The notes under the pieces: model-generated
The model's database searches: none
What the model saw: the letters and a program-made list of their open reading frames with translations, nothing else
Told to the model about the DNA's origin: nothing
Position numbers and translations under genes: made by a program
Shown here: positions 23,009 through 34,188 of the stretch, in pieces
Layout of the letters: each line of letters begins with the position of its first letter
Position numbering within the stretch: position 1 is the first letter of the stretch
DNA from: an uncultured delta proteobacterium
Lineage (GTDB): Bacteria; Myxococcota_A; Polyangia; Fen-1088
Length of the DNA stretch: 64,000 nt
Reading direction: 5' to 3'
Assembly (NCBI GenBank): GCA_963767925.1
Contig: CAVYGB010000008.1
Location: forward strand, 2,208,001-2,272,000

Positions 23009-24090
23009 ATGGACGAGCTCGCGGCGAAGCCGCGCCGGCGGATGCCGGCGGAGTGGACGCCCCACGCGGCGACCTGGCTGGCCTTCCCCCACAACGTCTC
23101 CGACTGGCCGGGCCGCTTCGGCCCCATCCCCTGGGTCTACGCCGACATCATCAAGAAGGTCACCGCCGGCGAGCGGGTCGAGCTGCTGGTCAACGACGCC
23201 GCCCACGAGCGCAAGGCCCGGGGCGTGCTGGCCCGGGTGAAGGTCGACCTGACACGCGGGTGACCTTCCGGCGCTTCCCCACCAACCGGGTCTGGACCCG
23301 CGACTTCGGCCCCCTCTTCGTCTTCGAGCGGGAGGGCGAGCGCGAACGGCTGGCCATCGCCCGGTTTCGTTTCAACGCCTGGGCCAAGTACCCCGACTGG
23401 AAGCGGGACGTCCGCATCCCCGAACGGGCGGCGGCCGCGCTGAAGCTGCCCCTGCTGCCCGTCCGCGCAGGGCGAGCGGGAGGTCGTCCTCGAGGGCGGA
23501 TCGATCGACGTCAACGGGGCGGGGACCATCCTGACCACCGAGGAGTGCCTGCTCGACCCGGAGGTGCAGGTGCGCAACCCCGGCCTCGACCGGGGTGGAT
23601 ACGAGGCGGTGTTCGCCGAGCAGCTCGGGGCCACCCGGACGATCTGGCTGGGCAAGGGCATCGCCGGCGACGACACCCACGGCCACGTGGACGACCTGGC
23701 CCGCTTCGTGAACGAACGCACCATCGTGCTCTGCGCGGAGGCGCGCGCCGGCGACGCCAACCACGCCTGCTGGCGGAGAACCGCGAGCGGCTCCAGGCGG
23801 CCCGCCTGGCCGACGGGAGCAAGCCGGAGGTGGTGGCCTTGCCCATGCCCGACCCGGTGGTGTTCGCCGGCCAGCGCCTGCCGGCCAGCTACGCCAACTT
23901 CTACTTCACGAACGGGGCCCTGCTGGTCCCGACCTTCAACGATCCCCGGGACCGGGTGGCGCTGGGGATCCTCGCCGAGCTGGTCCGCGATCGTCCGGTC
24001 GTCGGCATCCACGCCCTCGACCTGGTCTGGGGGCTCGGCACGCTCCATTGCCTGAGCCAGCAGCAGCCGGCCGCGCCGGCGGGCGCCTGA
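23009..24090 (+). CDS. aguA: Agmatine deiminase (PAD_porph family), frameshifted
   Basis: MPAEW, WTRDFGP, LEGGSID, DDTHGHVDD, ASYANFY, GLGTLHCLSQQQP. Confidence 0.9.
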
Positions 24091-24149
24091 ACGGGCTCAG
24101 CGCCCGGCGGGGGCGGCCAGCAACCGCTCGACCGTGACGAAGCGGGCTC

Positions 24150-24677
24150 GATGTCGACCGGGAAGGCCTCGTCGCGGAGCGTGACGAAGGCCTCGAACGC
24201 CGCCTTGGCGTTGAACCAGCCGTCCTCGTAGACCTCGTAAGGACCGATGGTCGGCTCGATGCTGGCGTCGAGCTTCATCCAGACGACGTCGCTCTCGTAG
24301 TAGTCGTTGCTGAGGAAGGCGGCCGCCCGCGTCTCGAGGTACAGGCGCACTCTGGGCTGGCTGGTCAGCGCGGCCGCCTCGCGCAGGAGCTGGGCGGCCC
24401 GCTCCAGCTCCGGCTGGTACGCGAGGCTGCAGGGCACCGCCAGCAGCTTGCCCTTCGCCTCGACGATCTTCGCCAGGGCGGCGCGTTCGCTGGCCGCCAG
24501 GGGGCCGAGGTCGACGACGAGATCGACGGGCGCCAGCCGGGCCGACAGGCGCTTCAACGCGGCGGCATCGGGGATGGGGACCGCGGGGCCGGGCTCCGCC
24601 GCGGTGAACGCGGCCGGCGCACCAGTCAGGAGCGCGGTGACCAGCGCCAGCGGCGCCGCTCGTCGTTCCATCGACAT
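24150..24677 (-). pseudogene. Peptidase M49 (DPP III/NUDT3-like) remnant with internal deletions
   Basis: RAAAFLSNDYYESDVVWM...IEPTIGPYEVYEDGWFNAKAAFEAFV; catalytic C-terminal part absent. Confidence 0.7.
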
Positions 24678-24764
24678 GGTGCCATTGTGCCACGTTCCCC
24701 TCGATCCACACCGGCGGCGCCGGTTGGCCTTGCAACCGCCGCCGCAGGACGCGAGGATCTTCCC

Positions 24765-25610
24765 ATGGACCCCAAGGCAGAATCCGGGCGCCCGCTCGCG
24801 GGCGTGCGGGTGGCTCTGGCAGAGACCCGGGAGCTCGATCGGCTCGCCTCCATGCTGGAGGCCGAAGGCGCCGAGCCCGTGCGTTGCCCCCTCGTCGCGA
24901 TCCTCGACACGCCCGACACCGGGCCGGTCGACGCCTGGCTGGCCGAGCTCGCCGGGGGACGGTTCGACGACCTGATCTTCCTCACGGGCGAGGGGCTGCG
25001 CCGCCTGCTGGCCCGGGCCACCCGGATCGACCTCCACGAACCGGCGCTGGCCGCCCTCGCCCGCGCGCGCAAGATCACCCGGGGGCCCAAGCCGGCGCGG
25101 GCCCTGCACGAGGTCGGGCTGTCCACCGACCTGCCGGCGGCGATCCCCACCTCGCAGGGGGTGATGGAGGCCCTCTCGGGCGAGGATCTCACCGGCCACC
25201 GCATCGGCCTGCAGCTCTACGGCAGCCAGCCCAACGAGCCGCTCGTGCGCTTCCTGCGGGGGGCGGGCGCGGCCGTGCACACCGTGTCCCCTTACATCTA
25301 TGCTCCCGCCTCCGACACCCAGCGGGTGGCCGACCTGGTCGGCGACCTGGTGGCCGGGAAGGTGGACGTCATCGCCTTCACCAGCGCCTCCCAGGTCGAT
25401 CGCCTCTGGGACGTCGCCCAGGAGCGCGGCATCGAGCCGGATCTGCGCCAGGGGCTCAAGCGCGGGAAGGTGGCGGCCATCGGGCCCGTGGTGCGAGAGA
25501 CCCTGGAGGATCGGGGCATCCGCATCGACATCATTCCCGAGGAGCCCTTCATCATGCGCCGCCTGAGCGCCGCCATCGCCGCCGCCCTGGCCCCGGCCAG
25601 CAAGGGTTGA
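24765..25610 (+). CDS. hemD: Uroporphyrinogen-III synthase-like protein
   Basis: LIFLTGEG, ITRGPKP, IAFTSASQV, AAIGPV; lies beside a siroheme-dependent nitrite reductase cluster. Confidence 0.8.
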   Translation: MDPKAESGRPLAGVRVALAETRELDRLASMLEAEGAEPVRCPLVAILDTPDTGPVDAWLAELAGGRFDDLIFLTGEGLRRLLARATRIDLHEPALAALARARKITRGPKPARALHEVGLSTDLPAAIPTSQGVMEALSGEDLTGHRIGLQLYGSQPNEPLVRFLRGAGAAVHTVSPYIYAPASDTQRVADLVGDLVAGKVDVIAFTSASQVDRLWDVAQERGIEPDLRQGLKRGKVAAIGPVVRETLEDRGIRIDIIPEEPFIMRRLSAAIAAALAPASKG

Positions 25611-25637
25611 CCGCCCGAGGGCGGCGAGAGCGCCCGA

Positions 25638-27874
25638 CTATTGCTCTGCGACCGCCTCCCAGCCGCAGGAGACGCGGACGGCGCAATGTTTGTAGCTGGG
25701 CTGGCGGGAGTGGGGGTCGAAGGCCGGGAAGGTCAGGCTGTTCACCGCAGCGGCGTGCATGGGTAGGAACACCTGGCCGAGCTTGACCCCTTCGCTGACG
25801 AAGGCGCGGGCCCGGAGGCTGCCCCGAGCCGAGCTCACCGTCACGCAGGCCCGGGGCGCGATGCCGAGCGCCTCGGCGTCGGCGGGGTTGATCTCGAGGT
25901 ACAGCTCCGCCGGGGACAGCCCGCGCAGGACCCCGGACTTGTCGGTGCGGGTCCCCGTGTGCCACTGGCTGGAGCTGCCCCGCCCGGTGAGCAAGGTGAA
26001 GGGGTAGGCCGGTGAGGGGCGCTCGGGCGGCGGGCGGGGCGCATCGAACAGCAGCCGCGCCCGCCCGTCGGGGTGGAAGAACAGGCCGTCCTCGAACAGC
26101 CGCCGCTGCCCGTCGGCCGGGTCGGCCCCCGCGGGGAAGGGCCACTGGATGCCGCCGGCCTCGTCGAGCGCCTGGTAGTCGCCGGATGCCGGTGATGTCG
26201 CAGGGCCGACCCCGTGACAGCGCCTTGATGATCTGGAAGACGGCCTCGGGGCTGCTCCAGGCGCCGGAACAGCTCGCCGCAGCCCCAGGCGTCCGCCACC
26301 AGGCGAAAGATGTGGAAGTCGGCCAGCGCCTCGCCGGGGGCGTGGGCCACCTTCTTGGTCAGGCCGATCCGCCGCTCGGAGTTGATGAAGGTCCCCTCCT
26401 TCTCCCCCCACCCGGCCGCCGGCAGGACGAGGTCGGCCAGCTCGGCGGTCTCGGTGCTCGTGTACATGTCCTGCACCACCAGGAAGTCGAGCCGGGCGAG
26501 CACCTCCCGGGCGTGGCGCCTGGTTGATCCAGGAGTGGGCGGGGTTGGTGGCGACGATCCAGAGGCCTCGGATCTGGCCGGCGGCGATCCGCTCGAGGAT
26601 CTGGTCGTAGGCCAGGCTGCCCTGGCGGGGGATGCGCCCCTCGTCGATGGCCAGGACCTCGGCCACCGCCCGGCGGTGTTCGGGGTTGGCGAAGTCGCGC
26701 CCCCCGAGCAGGCCGGTCGTGTTGCTGAAGAGGCGCGAGCCCATGGCGTTGCATTGCCCGGTGATCGAGTTGGCGCCGGTGCCCGGGCGGCCGATGTTGC
26801 CGGTCATCAGGGCGAGGTTGATGATCGCCTGGGCGGTGCGGGTGGCCTCGTGGCCCTGGTTCACCCCCATGGTCCACCAGAACGAGACCCGCTTGCCCGC
26901 GTGGATCAGCTCGGCCAGGGCCTGGATCCGAGCCTGCGGCAGATCGCAGGCCGACGCCGCCCGCTCCAGGGTGAAGGCGGCGAGCTGGGCGCGCAGCTCG
27001 GCGAAGCCCGCCGGTGTGGGCCTCGACGAAGGCGCCGGTCGACCCAGCCCCGCTCGATCAGCACCCGGGCCAGAGCCGTGAAGCAGGACCAGGTCGGACT
27101 TCGGGGCCAGGGGCGAGATGGTGGCTCGCGGCCATGGCGGTCTCGGTCTTGCGCGGGTCGACGACGACGATGGCGGGCTGGTCGGGGTTGCGGCAGATCC
27201 GCTCCCACATGATGGGGTGGGCGATGCAGAGGTTCGAGCCGACGAGCACGATGACGTCGGACTGCCTCGAAGTCGGCGTAGGTGAACGGAGGCGCGTCGA
27301 AGCCGAACGATTGCTTGTAGGCGACCGCCGAGGTGGCCATGCACTGGCGGGTGTTGCCGTCGCCGTGGATCATGCCCATGCCGAACTTGGCCAGGGCGCC
27401 CAGCAAGGCCAGCTCCTCGGTGACGATCTGGCCGGTGCCCAGCCAGGCGACGGCGTCGGCACCGCAGCGGTCCTGGATCGCCTTCCAGCGGCGGACCAGC
27501 GTCTCGAGCGCCACCGCCCAGGAGACGGGCTCCTGCTGGCCCCGGCGGTTGCGCAGCAGCGGCACGGTGGCCCGATCGGCGGCGGCGCAGCGGGGCCAGC
27601 GCCTCCCAGCCCTTGGGGCAGGCCATCCCGAGGTTCACCGGGTAGTCGCGTGCTGGGGCTGAGGTTGACGGCCGCCCCCGCCCGCAGGTGCACGTCGAGG
27701 CCACAGCCGGTCGAGCAGAAGCCGCAGACCGAGGTCGTCACCTGGTCGGGGGCCAGCCGGTCGGGCACCATGCCCAGGCCGAAGCGGCCGGGGGCCAGCA
27801 GGAGATCGCGGGTGAGCGGGCCCGTTGTCGGCGCGCAGCAGGCGCCGCACCCGCTCCGGCAGCGAGCGGATCAC
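25638..27874 (-). CDS. nasA: Assimilatory nitrate reductase catalytic subunit (Mo-bis-MGD), several frameshifts
   Basis: CGFCSTGCG...CPKG Fe-S motif, [55 protein letters not shown]. Confidence 0.88.
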
Positions 27875-29599
27875 CGCAGGGCCCCGGGCATCCGCGAGGC
27901 GGGGGCGGCCTGGAAGAACAGGCGTCGCTCGAGCAGCTCTCCCGCCAGCAAGGCGGCGAGCGCGACGAGGGCGGCCAGCGGGCTGGCCCCGGGCCGCGTG
28001 TCCCCCTCCGCGAGCAGCAGGGCCGGCAGCAGCAGGCCGCCGAGGACCCCGCAGGCGAGCCGGGAGAGGGCCAGCGGCCGGAGCTCACCCACCAGCAGGC
28101 GGGCGACCCGCCGGGGACCGCCGGGCCGACCGCCGCGCAGGTGGCGCAACACCGCAGCCTCGACGGCGAGCTTGCTGGCGCCCACCGCGATCACCGCCCA
28201 CAGCAACCCGCGCAGGAGCGCGGGGTCGCTCGCCGCCGGCGCCATCGCGAGGGCGGCGCCCAGCTCGAGGTTGCCGTGGGTGGCGGCCAGCCCCAGCAGC
28301 ACCGTGGTGGCGAAGAAGCGAAACCCGGTGATGGGCCCGGCCCAGCTGGCGCGGCGGGTGACGACGTAGACCATGACCGAGCAGAACACGCTGGCCAGGC
28401 CGAGCAGGACCGCGACCGCCTCGAGCCAGCCAGCCGCGGGGAGGCCGGGCAGCCGCGCCCGGACGCCCGGGAGGGACGCCGCCGCGAAGGCCGCCGCGGC
28501 CCCCGCGAAGAGCCCGAAGCCGAGGGCCTCCCGGCTCAACCAGGAGGTGCGCAGGCCGATCACGGCCCGGAAGGCGTAGGCCGGGCGGCCCAGGTGAAAC
28601 AGGCTGGCGCCGAGGGCGACGAACGCCACCAGCGCGCTCGCGACCGCCTGCACCGACCGCCACCCGCCCTCGGGCGGCAGGTCGAGCAGCCGACCCACCA
28701 CCGCCTCGGCCGCTAGCGCCCCGACCGCGAGCTGGGTGAGCACCAGCATGACCACCAGGGGAGGATGGGCGGGCTGGGGCGCCACCAGGTCGTGGTCAGC
28801 GGCCCGCAGGTTCGCCGGGGTCTCCCGCTCCGTCCGGTAGACGGTGGTGGGCAGGGTGTGGCCGGGCGCCGGCGCCCCCGGCAGGAACCGACCCGCCTCG
28901 CCGGCCTGGCGCGCCTCCGCCCGCTCCACGACGCGGATGCGGATGGCCTGGTTGGGGCAGCCCTGCACGCAGGCCGGCGCCTCGTCGGCCGCCAGGCGAT
29001 CGCGAGCACATGTCGCACTTGCGCACGATGCCCCGGGCGGCGCTGTACTTGGGGGCATCGTAGGGACACATCAGGGTGCAGTACTGGCACCCGATGCACT
29101 GGTCATCGAGGTGGCGCACGATCCCGGTATCGGGATCCTTCTCGTAGGCCTTCACCGGGCAGCCCGCCAGGCAGGCCGGATCGAGGCAGTGGTGGCAGGA
29201 GGTGGTGACGGTCTGCTGGGTGGGCTGACCGGGCGCCCCGCCGTGGAGCAGGCCCACCGTCCGCCAGACCTCGGGCCCGTCCAGGCCGTTCAGGCTGTGG
29301 CAGGCGGCCACGCAGGCCTTGCACCCGGTGCAGGCGTCGAGGTCGACCTCGAAGGCGTATTGCTGGCCGGGGGCCGGGCGCTCGAGCGGGATGAGGTCGC
29401 GGTAGTACCGGGCCTGGGCCGGGGGGGCCGGCTCTGCTTGCCGGCGGGCGAAGCGGGACACGGCGGTCAGATCCTGCTGCTCGCGCAGCAGCGCCTGCAG
29501 CAGGTCGGGCCCCGAGGCGCGGGTCGGCGGCGCGACCTTCAGGCGCGGGCTGCGGAGGATGGGCGCCGCGCTCGCGCCGCCGGCCACGACGTCTCCCAT
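27871..29599 (-). CDS. 4Fe-4S ferredoxin domain fused to a DmsC/YnfH-type membrane anchor (frameshift near 29005)
   Basis: [16 protein letters not shown]...CP, CIGCQYC...CP, KCDMC...CVQGCP, followed by TM helices with ASLFHLGRP...TSWLSRE. Confidence 0.85.
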
Positions 29600-29607
29600 C
29601 GCCGCCC

Positions 29608-29958
29608 TCAGCGCCCCGGCTCGCTCCCGCGAGCCTCGAGCGAGACCTCGACCCGGCCGCTGCGCAGCCGGACCGGATAGACCCGCACGGCGACCTCCGG
29701 ATCGTCGAGGCAACGCCCGCTGCGCAGGTCGAAGCTGTGCTTGAAGAGCGGCGAGGCCACCTTCGGCGCGCCGGCCCGGTCGCCCACGATCCCCCGCGAC
29801 AGCACGAAGGCCTTGGCGAAGGGGTCGAAGTTCGCGAGGGCGTGGAGCTCGTCGGCGCCCACCCGGAAGATCGCCACCTGCTTGCCGCCCAGCAGGGCGC
29901 AGACGCCCGTGTCGGGCAAGATGTCGTCGACCGCGCAGACGTCGAGCCAGGGCCCCAT
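29608..29958 (-). CDS. nirD: Nitrite reductase [NAD(P)H] small subunit
   Basis: [20 protein letters not shown]...[24 protein letters not shown]. Confidence 0.92.
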   Translation of the reverse strand: MGPWLDVCAVDDILPDTGVCALLGGKQVAIFRVGADELHALANFDPFAKAFVLSRGIVGDRAGAPKVASPLFKHSFDLRSGRCLDDPEVAVRVYPVRLRSGRVEVSLEARGSEPGR

Positions 29959-32511
29959 CAGATCGCCTCCTTCACCAGGGGGGCCTTCTCGCTCCAGCCC
30001 GCCGTCCGGTGCTGGCGGCGCAGGGGCACCGTGACGATGCTGGGATCGACGGCCTCGCTGTTGACGAACGGCCGGAAGCGCTTGAGCTTCTCCGGATCGT
30101 TGATGGTTGTCGTCCACTCGCACTGGTAGCTGTCGACAACCTGCTGCATGTCCCGCTCGAGCTCGGCCCCGATCCCCAGGGCGTCCTCGACGATCACCCG
30201 GCGCAGGTATTCGATGCCCCCCTCCAGCTTGTTCAACCAGGTGGCGGTGCGCTCGAGCCGGTCGGCGGTGCGCACGTAGAACATCAGGAAGCGATCGAGA
30301 TACCGCCGCACACGTCGGCTCGTCGACGTCCGAGGCCAGCAGCTGCCCGTGCTGGGGCTTCATGCCCCCGTTGCCGCAGACGTAGAGGTTGTAGCCCCGC
30401 TCGGTGGCGATGACCCCGAAGTCCTTGCTCTGGGCCTCGGCGCACTCGCGGGCGCAGCCGGAGGCGGCGCCCTTGAGCTTGTGGGGGCTGCGCAGGCCCT
30501 TGTAGCGGTTCTCCAGATCGACCGCCAGGCTGACCGAGTCCTGCACGCCGTAGCGGCACCAGGTGCTGCCCACGCAGGACTTCACCGTGCGCAGGGCCTT
30601 GCCGTAGGCGTGGCCCGATTCGAACCCGGCGGCGATGAGCGCGCTCCAGATGGGCGGGAGCTGGTCCACCCGAGCGCCGAACAGGTCGACCCGCTGAGCG
30701 CCGGTGATCTTCGTGTACAGCCCGAAGCGCTTGGCCACCTCCCCGAGGGCGATGAGCTGGTCGGGTGTGATCTCCCCGCCCGGGACCCGCGGCACCACCG
30801 AGTAGCTGCCGTCCCGCTGCATGTTGGCCAGGAAGCGGTCGTTCGTGTCCTGCAGGCCGACGTGTTCGTCCTTGCCGATGTATTCGTTGAAGGTGGAGGC
30901 CAGGATGGAGGCCACCACCGGCTTGCACATCTCGCAGCCCCGGCCCGCTCCCTGCCGGGCGATGACCTCGTCGAAGGTGCGCAGGTGCTGGACCTTGACG
31001 ATGTGAAACAGCTCCTGCCGGGAGAGGGCAAAGTGCTCGCACAGCCGGTTCGAGACCGCCACCCCCGCCCGCTTCAGCTCCGCCTTGAGGAGGTCGTTCA
31101 GCAGCGGGAGACAGGAGCCACAGCCCGGTGCCAGCGCGGGTGCAGGCCTTGACGTCTCCCAGGGCGCTGAGGCCCTGGCCGGCGATCGCCGCGCAGATGG
31201 CGCCCTTGGCCAGACGTTGTGGCAGCTACAGATGAGGGCGGTCTCCGGCAGCGCATCGACCCCCAACCCGACCGCCCTCCCCCCCTCGCGGCCCGGCGGC
31301 AGGATAAGGTCTTCGGGGCAGGGCGGCAGGGCCACCTTGTTGCGATAGACCCCGTGGAGCTGGCCGTAGCTGCTGGCGTCGCCGACCAGGATGCCACCCA
31401 GCAGGATGCGCTTGTCGGCGCTGACCACCAGCTTCTTGTAGACCCCCGCCGCCGTGTCGGCGACGCTCAGGGTGTGGGCCCCTGGCTCGAGGGCGAAGGC
31501 GTCGCCGAAGCTGGCGACGTCCACCCCGAGCAGCTTGAGCTTGCTGCTCATGTCGAAGGCCGGGGGCAGCCGGGCCCCCTTGCCCAGCAGATCGGCGGCC
31601 GCCACCTCGGCCATCTGGTAGCCGGGGGCCACCAGGCCGTAGGTCCGCCCGTCGTAGGAGGCGCACTCGCCGATGGCGTGGATGTCGGGCCGGGAGGTGC
31701 GGCAGCGGTCGTCGACCGCGAACCCGCCCCGGGGACCGATCTCCAGGCCGCAGGCGCGACCGAGCTCGTCGCGGGGGCGGATGCCCGCCGAGAAGACCAG
31801 CAGGTCGGTCCGCAGCTCGCCGCCGTCGGCGAACAGCAGCGCCCGCACCCGCCCGTCCTCGCTAACGACCTCCTTGCTCGTCATGCCGGTGTGCACCGCC
31901 ACCCCGAGCCCCTCGATGCGCCGGCGCAAGATGGCGCCACCGAGGTCGTCCACCTGCAGCGGCATGAGCCGGGGAGCCTGCTCGACGATGTGGGTCTCGA
32001 GCCCCAGGTTGCGGAGCGCGTTGGCCGCCTCGAGGCCCAGCAACCCACCCCCGATCACCGTCCCCACGTCGCTGCCGGCTGCGTGGGCCGCGATGGCCGC
32101 CAGGTCCTCGATGGTGCGGTAGACGAAGCAGCCGGTCGCCCCCGCCCCCTTGATGGGGGGCACGAAGGGATGAGAGCCGGTCGCCAGGACCAGCTCGTCG
32201 TAGGCGAGCTCCTCGCCGCGGGCGGTGCGGACGATCTTGCGGACCGGATCGATGGCCTCGGCCGCTTCGCCGAGGCGCACCTGCACCCCGGCCGCCCGGT
32301 AACGGTCGGGGGTGGCCAGCGCCAGATCGGCCGCGGCTTTTCCCTCGAACAGCCCCGACAGGTTGACCCGGTCGTAGGCCAGGCGGGGCTCCTCGGCCAG
32401 CACGGTGATGTCGTGGGCCAGCTCGCCGTCCCCGAGGGCGAGGAGGCGCTCGACGAAGTGGTGGCCCACCATTCCGTTCCCGACCACCAGCAGGCTGGAT
32501 CTGCGCGACAT
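29958..32511 (-). CDS. nirB: Nitrite reductase [NAD(P)H] large subunit (frameshifts)
   Basis: [50 protein letters not shown]. Confidence 0.93.
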
Positions 32512-32627
32512 GGCTTCTGTTTCCATCTGTAAGGCGGTGGCTGTTTCCGCCTGGTTGCCCGTCGGTAAAAAACCGGGAAGCGCCCCGTGTCTTGCTGGCA
32601 CTTTTCCCCCGGGCTAAGGTTGCCCAC

Positions 32628-34188
32628 ATGCGACGCGGCAGATCGCTGGAGACAGGGGGCCGCGGGCGGGCCGGCCGGCGGGTTGCGACCGTGCTGCTCG
32701 TGGCGCTCGCCAGCGCGCCGGCCCCCGCCCGGGCCGAGCGCGGCCGTTCCGGCGGCGATCCGGGGAGCCGGATCGCCTGCGCCCTCGCGAGCGTGGCCGA
32801 TCGCTCCGTCCCCGGCGGGAACCGGGGACCCTGCAACACCCCCGACGCCGTCGACTACTTCGCGACCGGGTCGGCCGGACGGGGCGTCGTCGTCACGAAC
32901 TTCGGGATCCTCCTGCCGGGTGGGCGGGCCTCCTCCTGGCAGGTCGTGTGCGACGACAACTTCGGGCTCGCCCCCGCTCCCCAGGTGCGCTTGCATCCCG
33001 ACGGCCGGGTGTTCGCCGCGAGCAACGAGGGGCTCTACCAGACCACCGACGGGTGCGACTGGTCGCGGGCCACCGTCGACAACGGCGAGGTGGTCACCAG
33101 CATGCGGATCTTCTTCGACGTGGCCTTCGACCGGCAGACACCCGGCCAGATCTTCGGCCTGGGGGAGGTCCCGCGCGAGCTCTGGCGCTCTGGCGATGGC
33201 GGCCGGACCTTCACCCGCCTGCGCACCTTCGAGCCGACGCTGGCCTACCATCGCCTCGTTGTGGCGCCCTCCGACGGGCGCCGCCTTTACCTGTTCGGCC
33301 GCGGCCGGCTGGCCTCCACCCCCTTCGCCCGCTCGGAGGACGGCGGGCAGAGCTTCGAGCTGGGCGATCTGACAGCGGGCCTCGAGCCACCTCCGGCCAC
33401 CGCCTTCGAGTTCGCCGCGGTGGCGCCCGACGACCCGGCGGTTCTGTATTTCTCGGTCATCAACCCCACCGAAGGGGACGAGATTCTGGCGGACCACCGA
33501 CGGCGGCCGGACGGTGTCGAAGTTCCTCCAGCTCGGCGCGGGGGAGGCCTTCGCCGGCTTCGCCTTCGGCGCCAACCCCCAGACCGTGTACGTGGCGGGG
33601 ACCGACCCCTTTCCCCTCTCGAGCGCCGAGCCGCCCGCCCACCTCTATCGCACCCGGGACGGGGGCAAGACCTGGCTGGATCCGGCCCCCTCGGACCCCA
33701 GCAACGGCCCCCGCTACCGCTGCCTGAGCTGGTCGGACAACACGCTCTACGCCTGCGCTGCCGGCGAGCCGGGGGGAGACCTCTTCCTTGTCGGCGCGTC
33801 CTCCGACGACGGCCGGACCTGGGCGCCCGCGGTGCGGCTGGCGGATCTGTCCGGCGCCAAGAGCTGCGTGGCAGCCCAGTGCCTGCAGACCGAGGAGTGG
33901 CTCTGCGAGAACTACTGCTTCTGCGCCCCCGGGGTCGAGCCCAGCACCGGGAGCTGCGTCGACCCGGGCGACGGCGGCGCGCCCGCCGACGCCGCCACCC
34001 GGGACGCGCGCCCGGACGGGGCGGCGGGAGACGCCTGCCTGGGGACCGCTTGCCTCGAGGAGCAGGGCTGCACCTGCCACCTCGGCGACGCCCCCGCGGC
34101 CCCCCCGGCGGCGGCCCCTCTGCTGGTCGTGGGCCTGCTGGCGACGCTCTCGATCATGGGCCGGCGCCGCCGCCATGCCCGACGTTGA
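32628..34188 (+). CDS. Secreted BNR/Asp-box beta-propeller protein with MYXO-CTERM-like tail (frameshift near 33490)
   Basis: Repeated SxDGGxTW/F boxes; C-terminal GCTC...hydrophobic stretch...RRRR. Confidence 0.75.

Noticed and set aside
24765..25610. NnaR-type HemD-fusion regulator
   Set aside because: No C-terminal winged-helix DNA-binding domain
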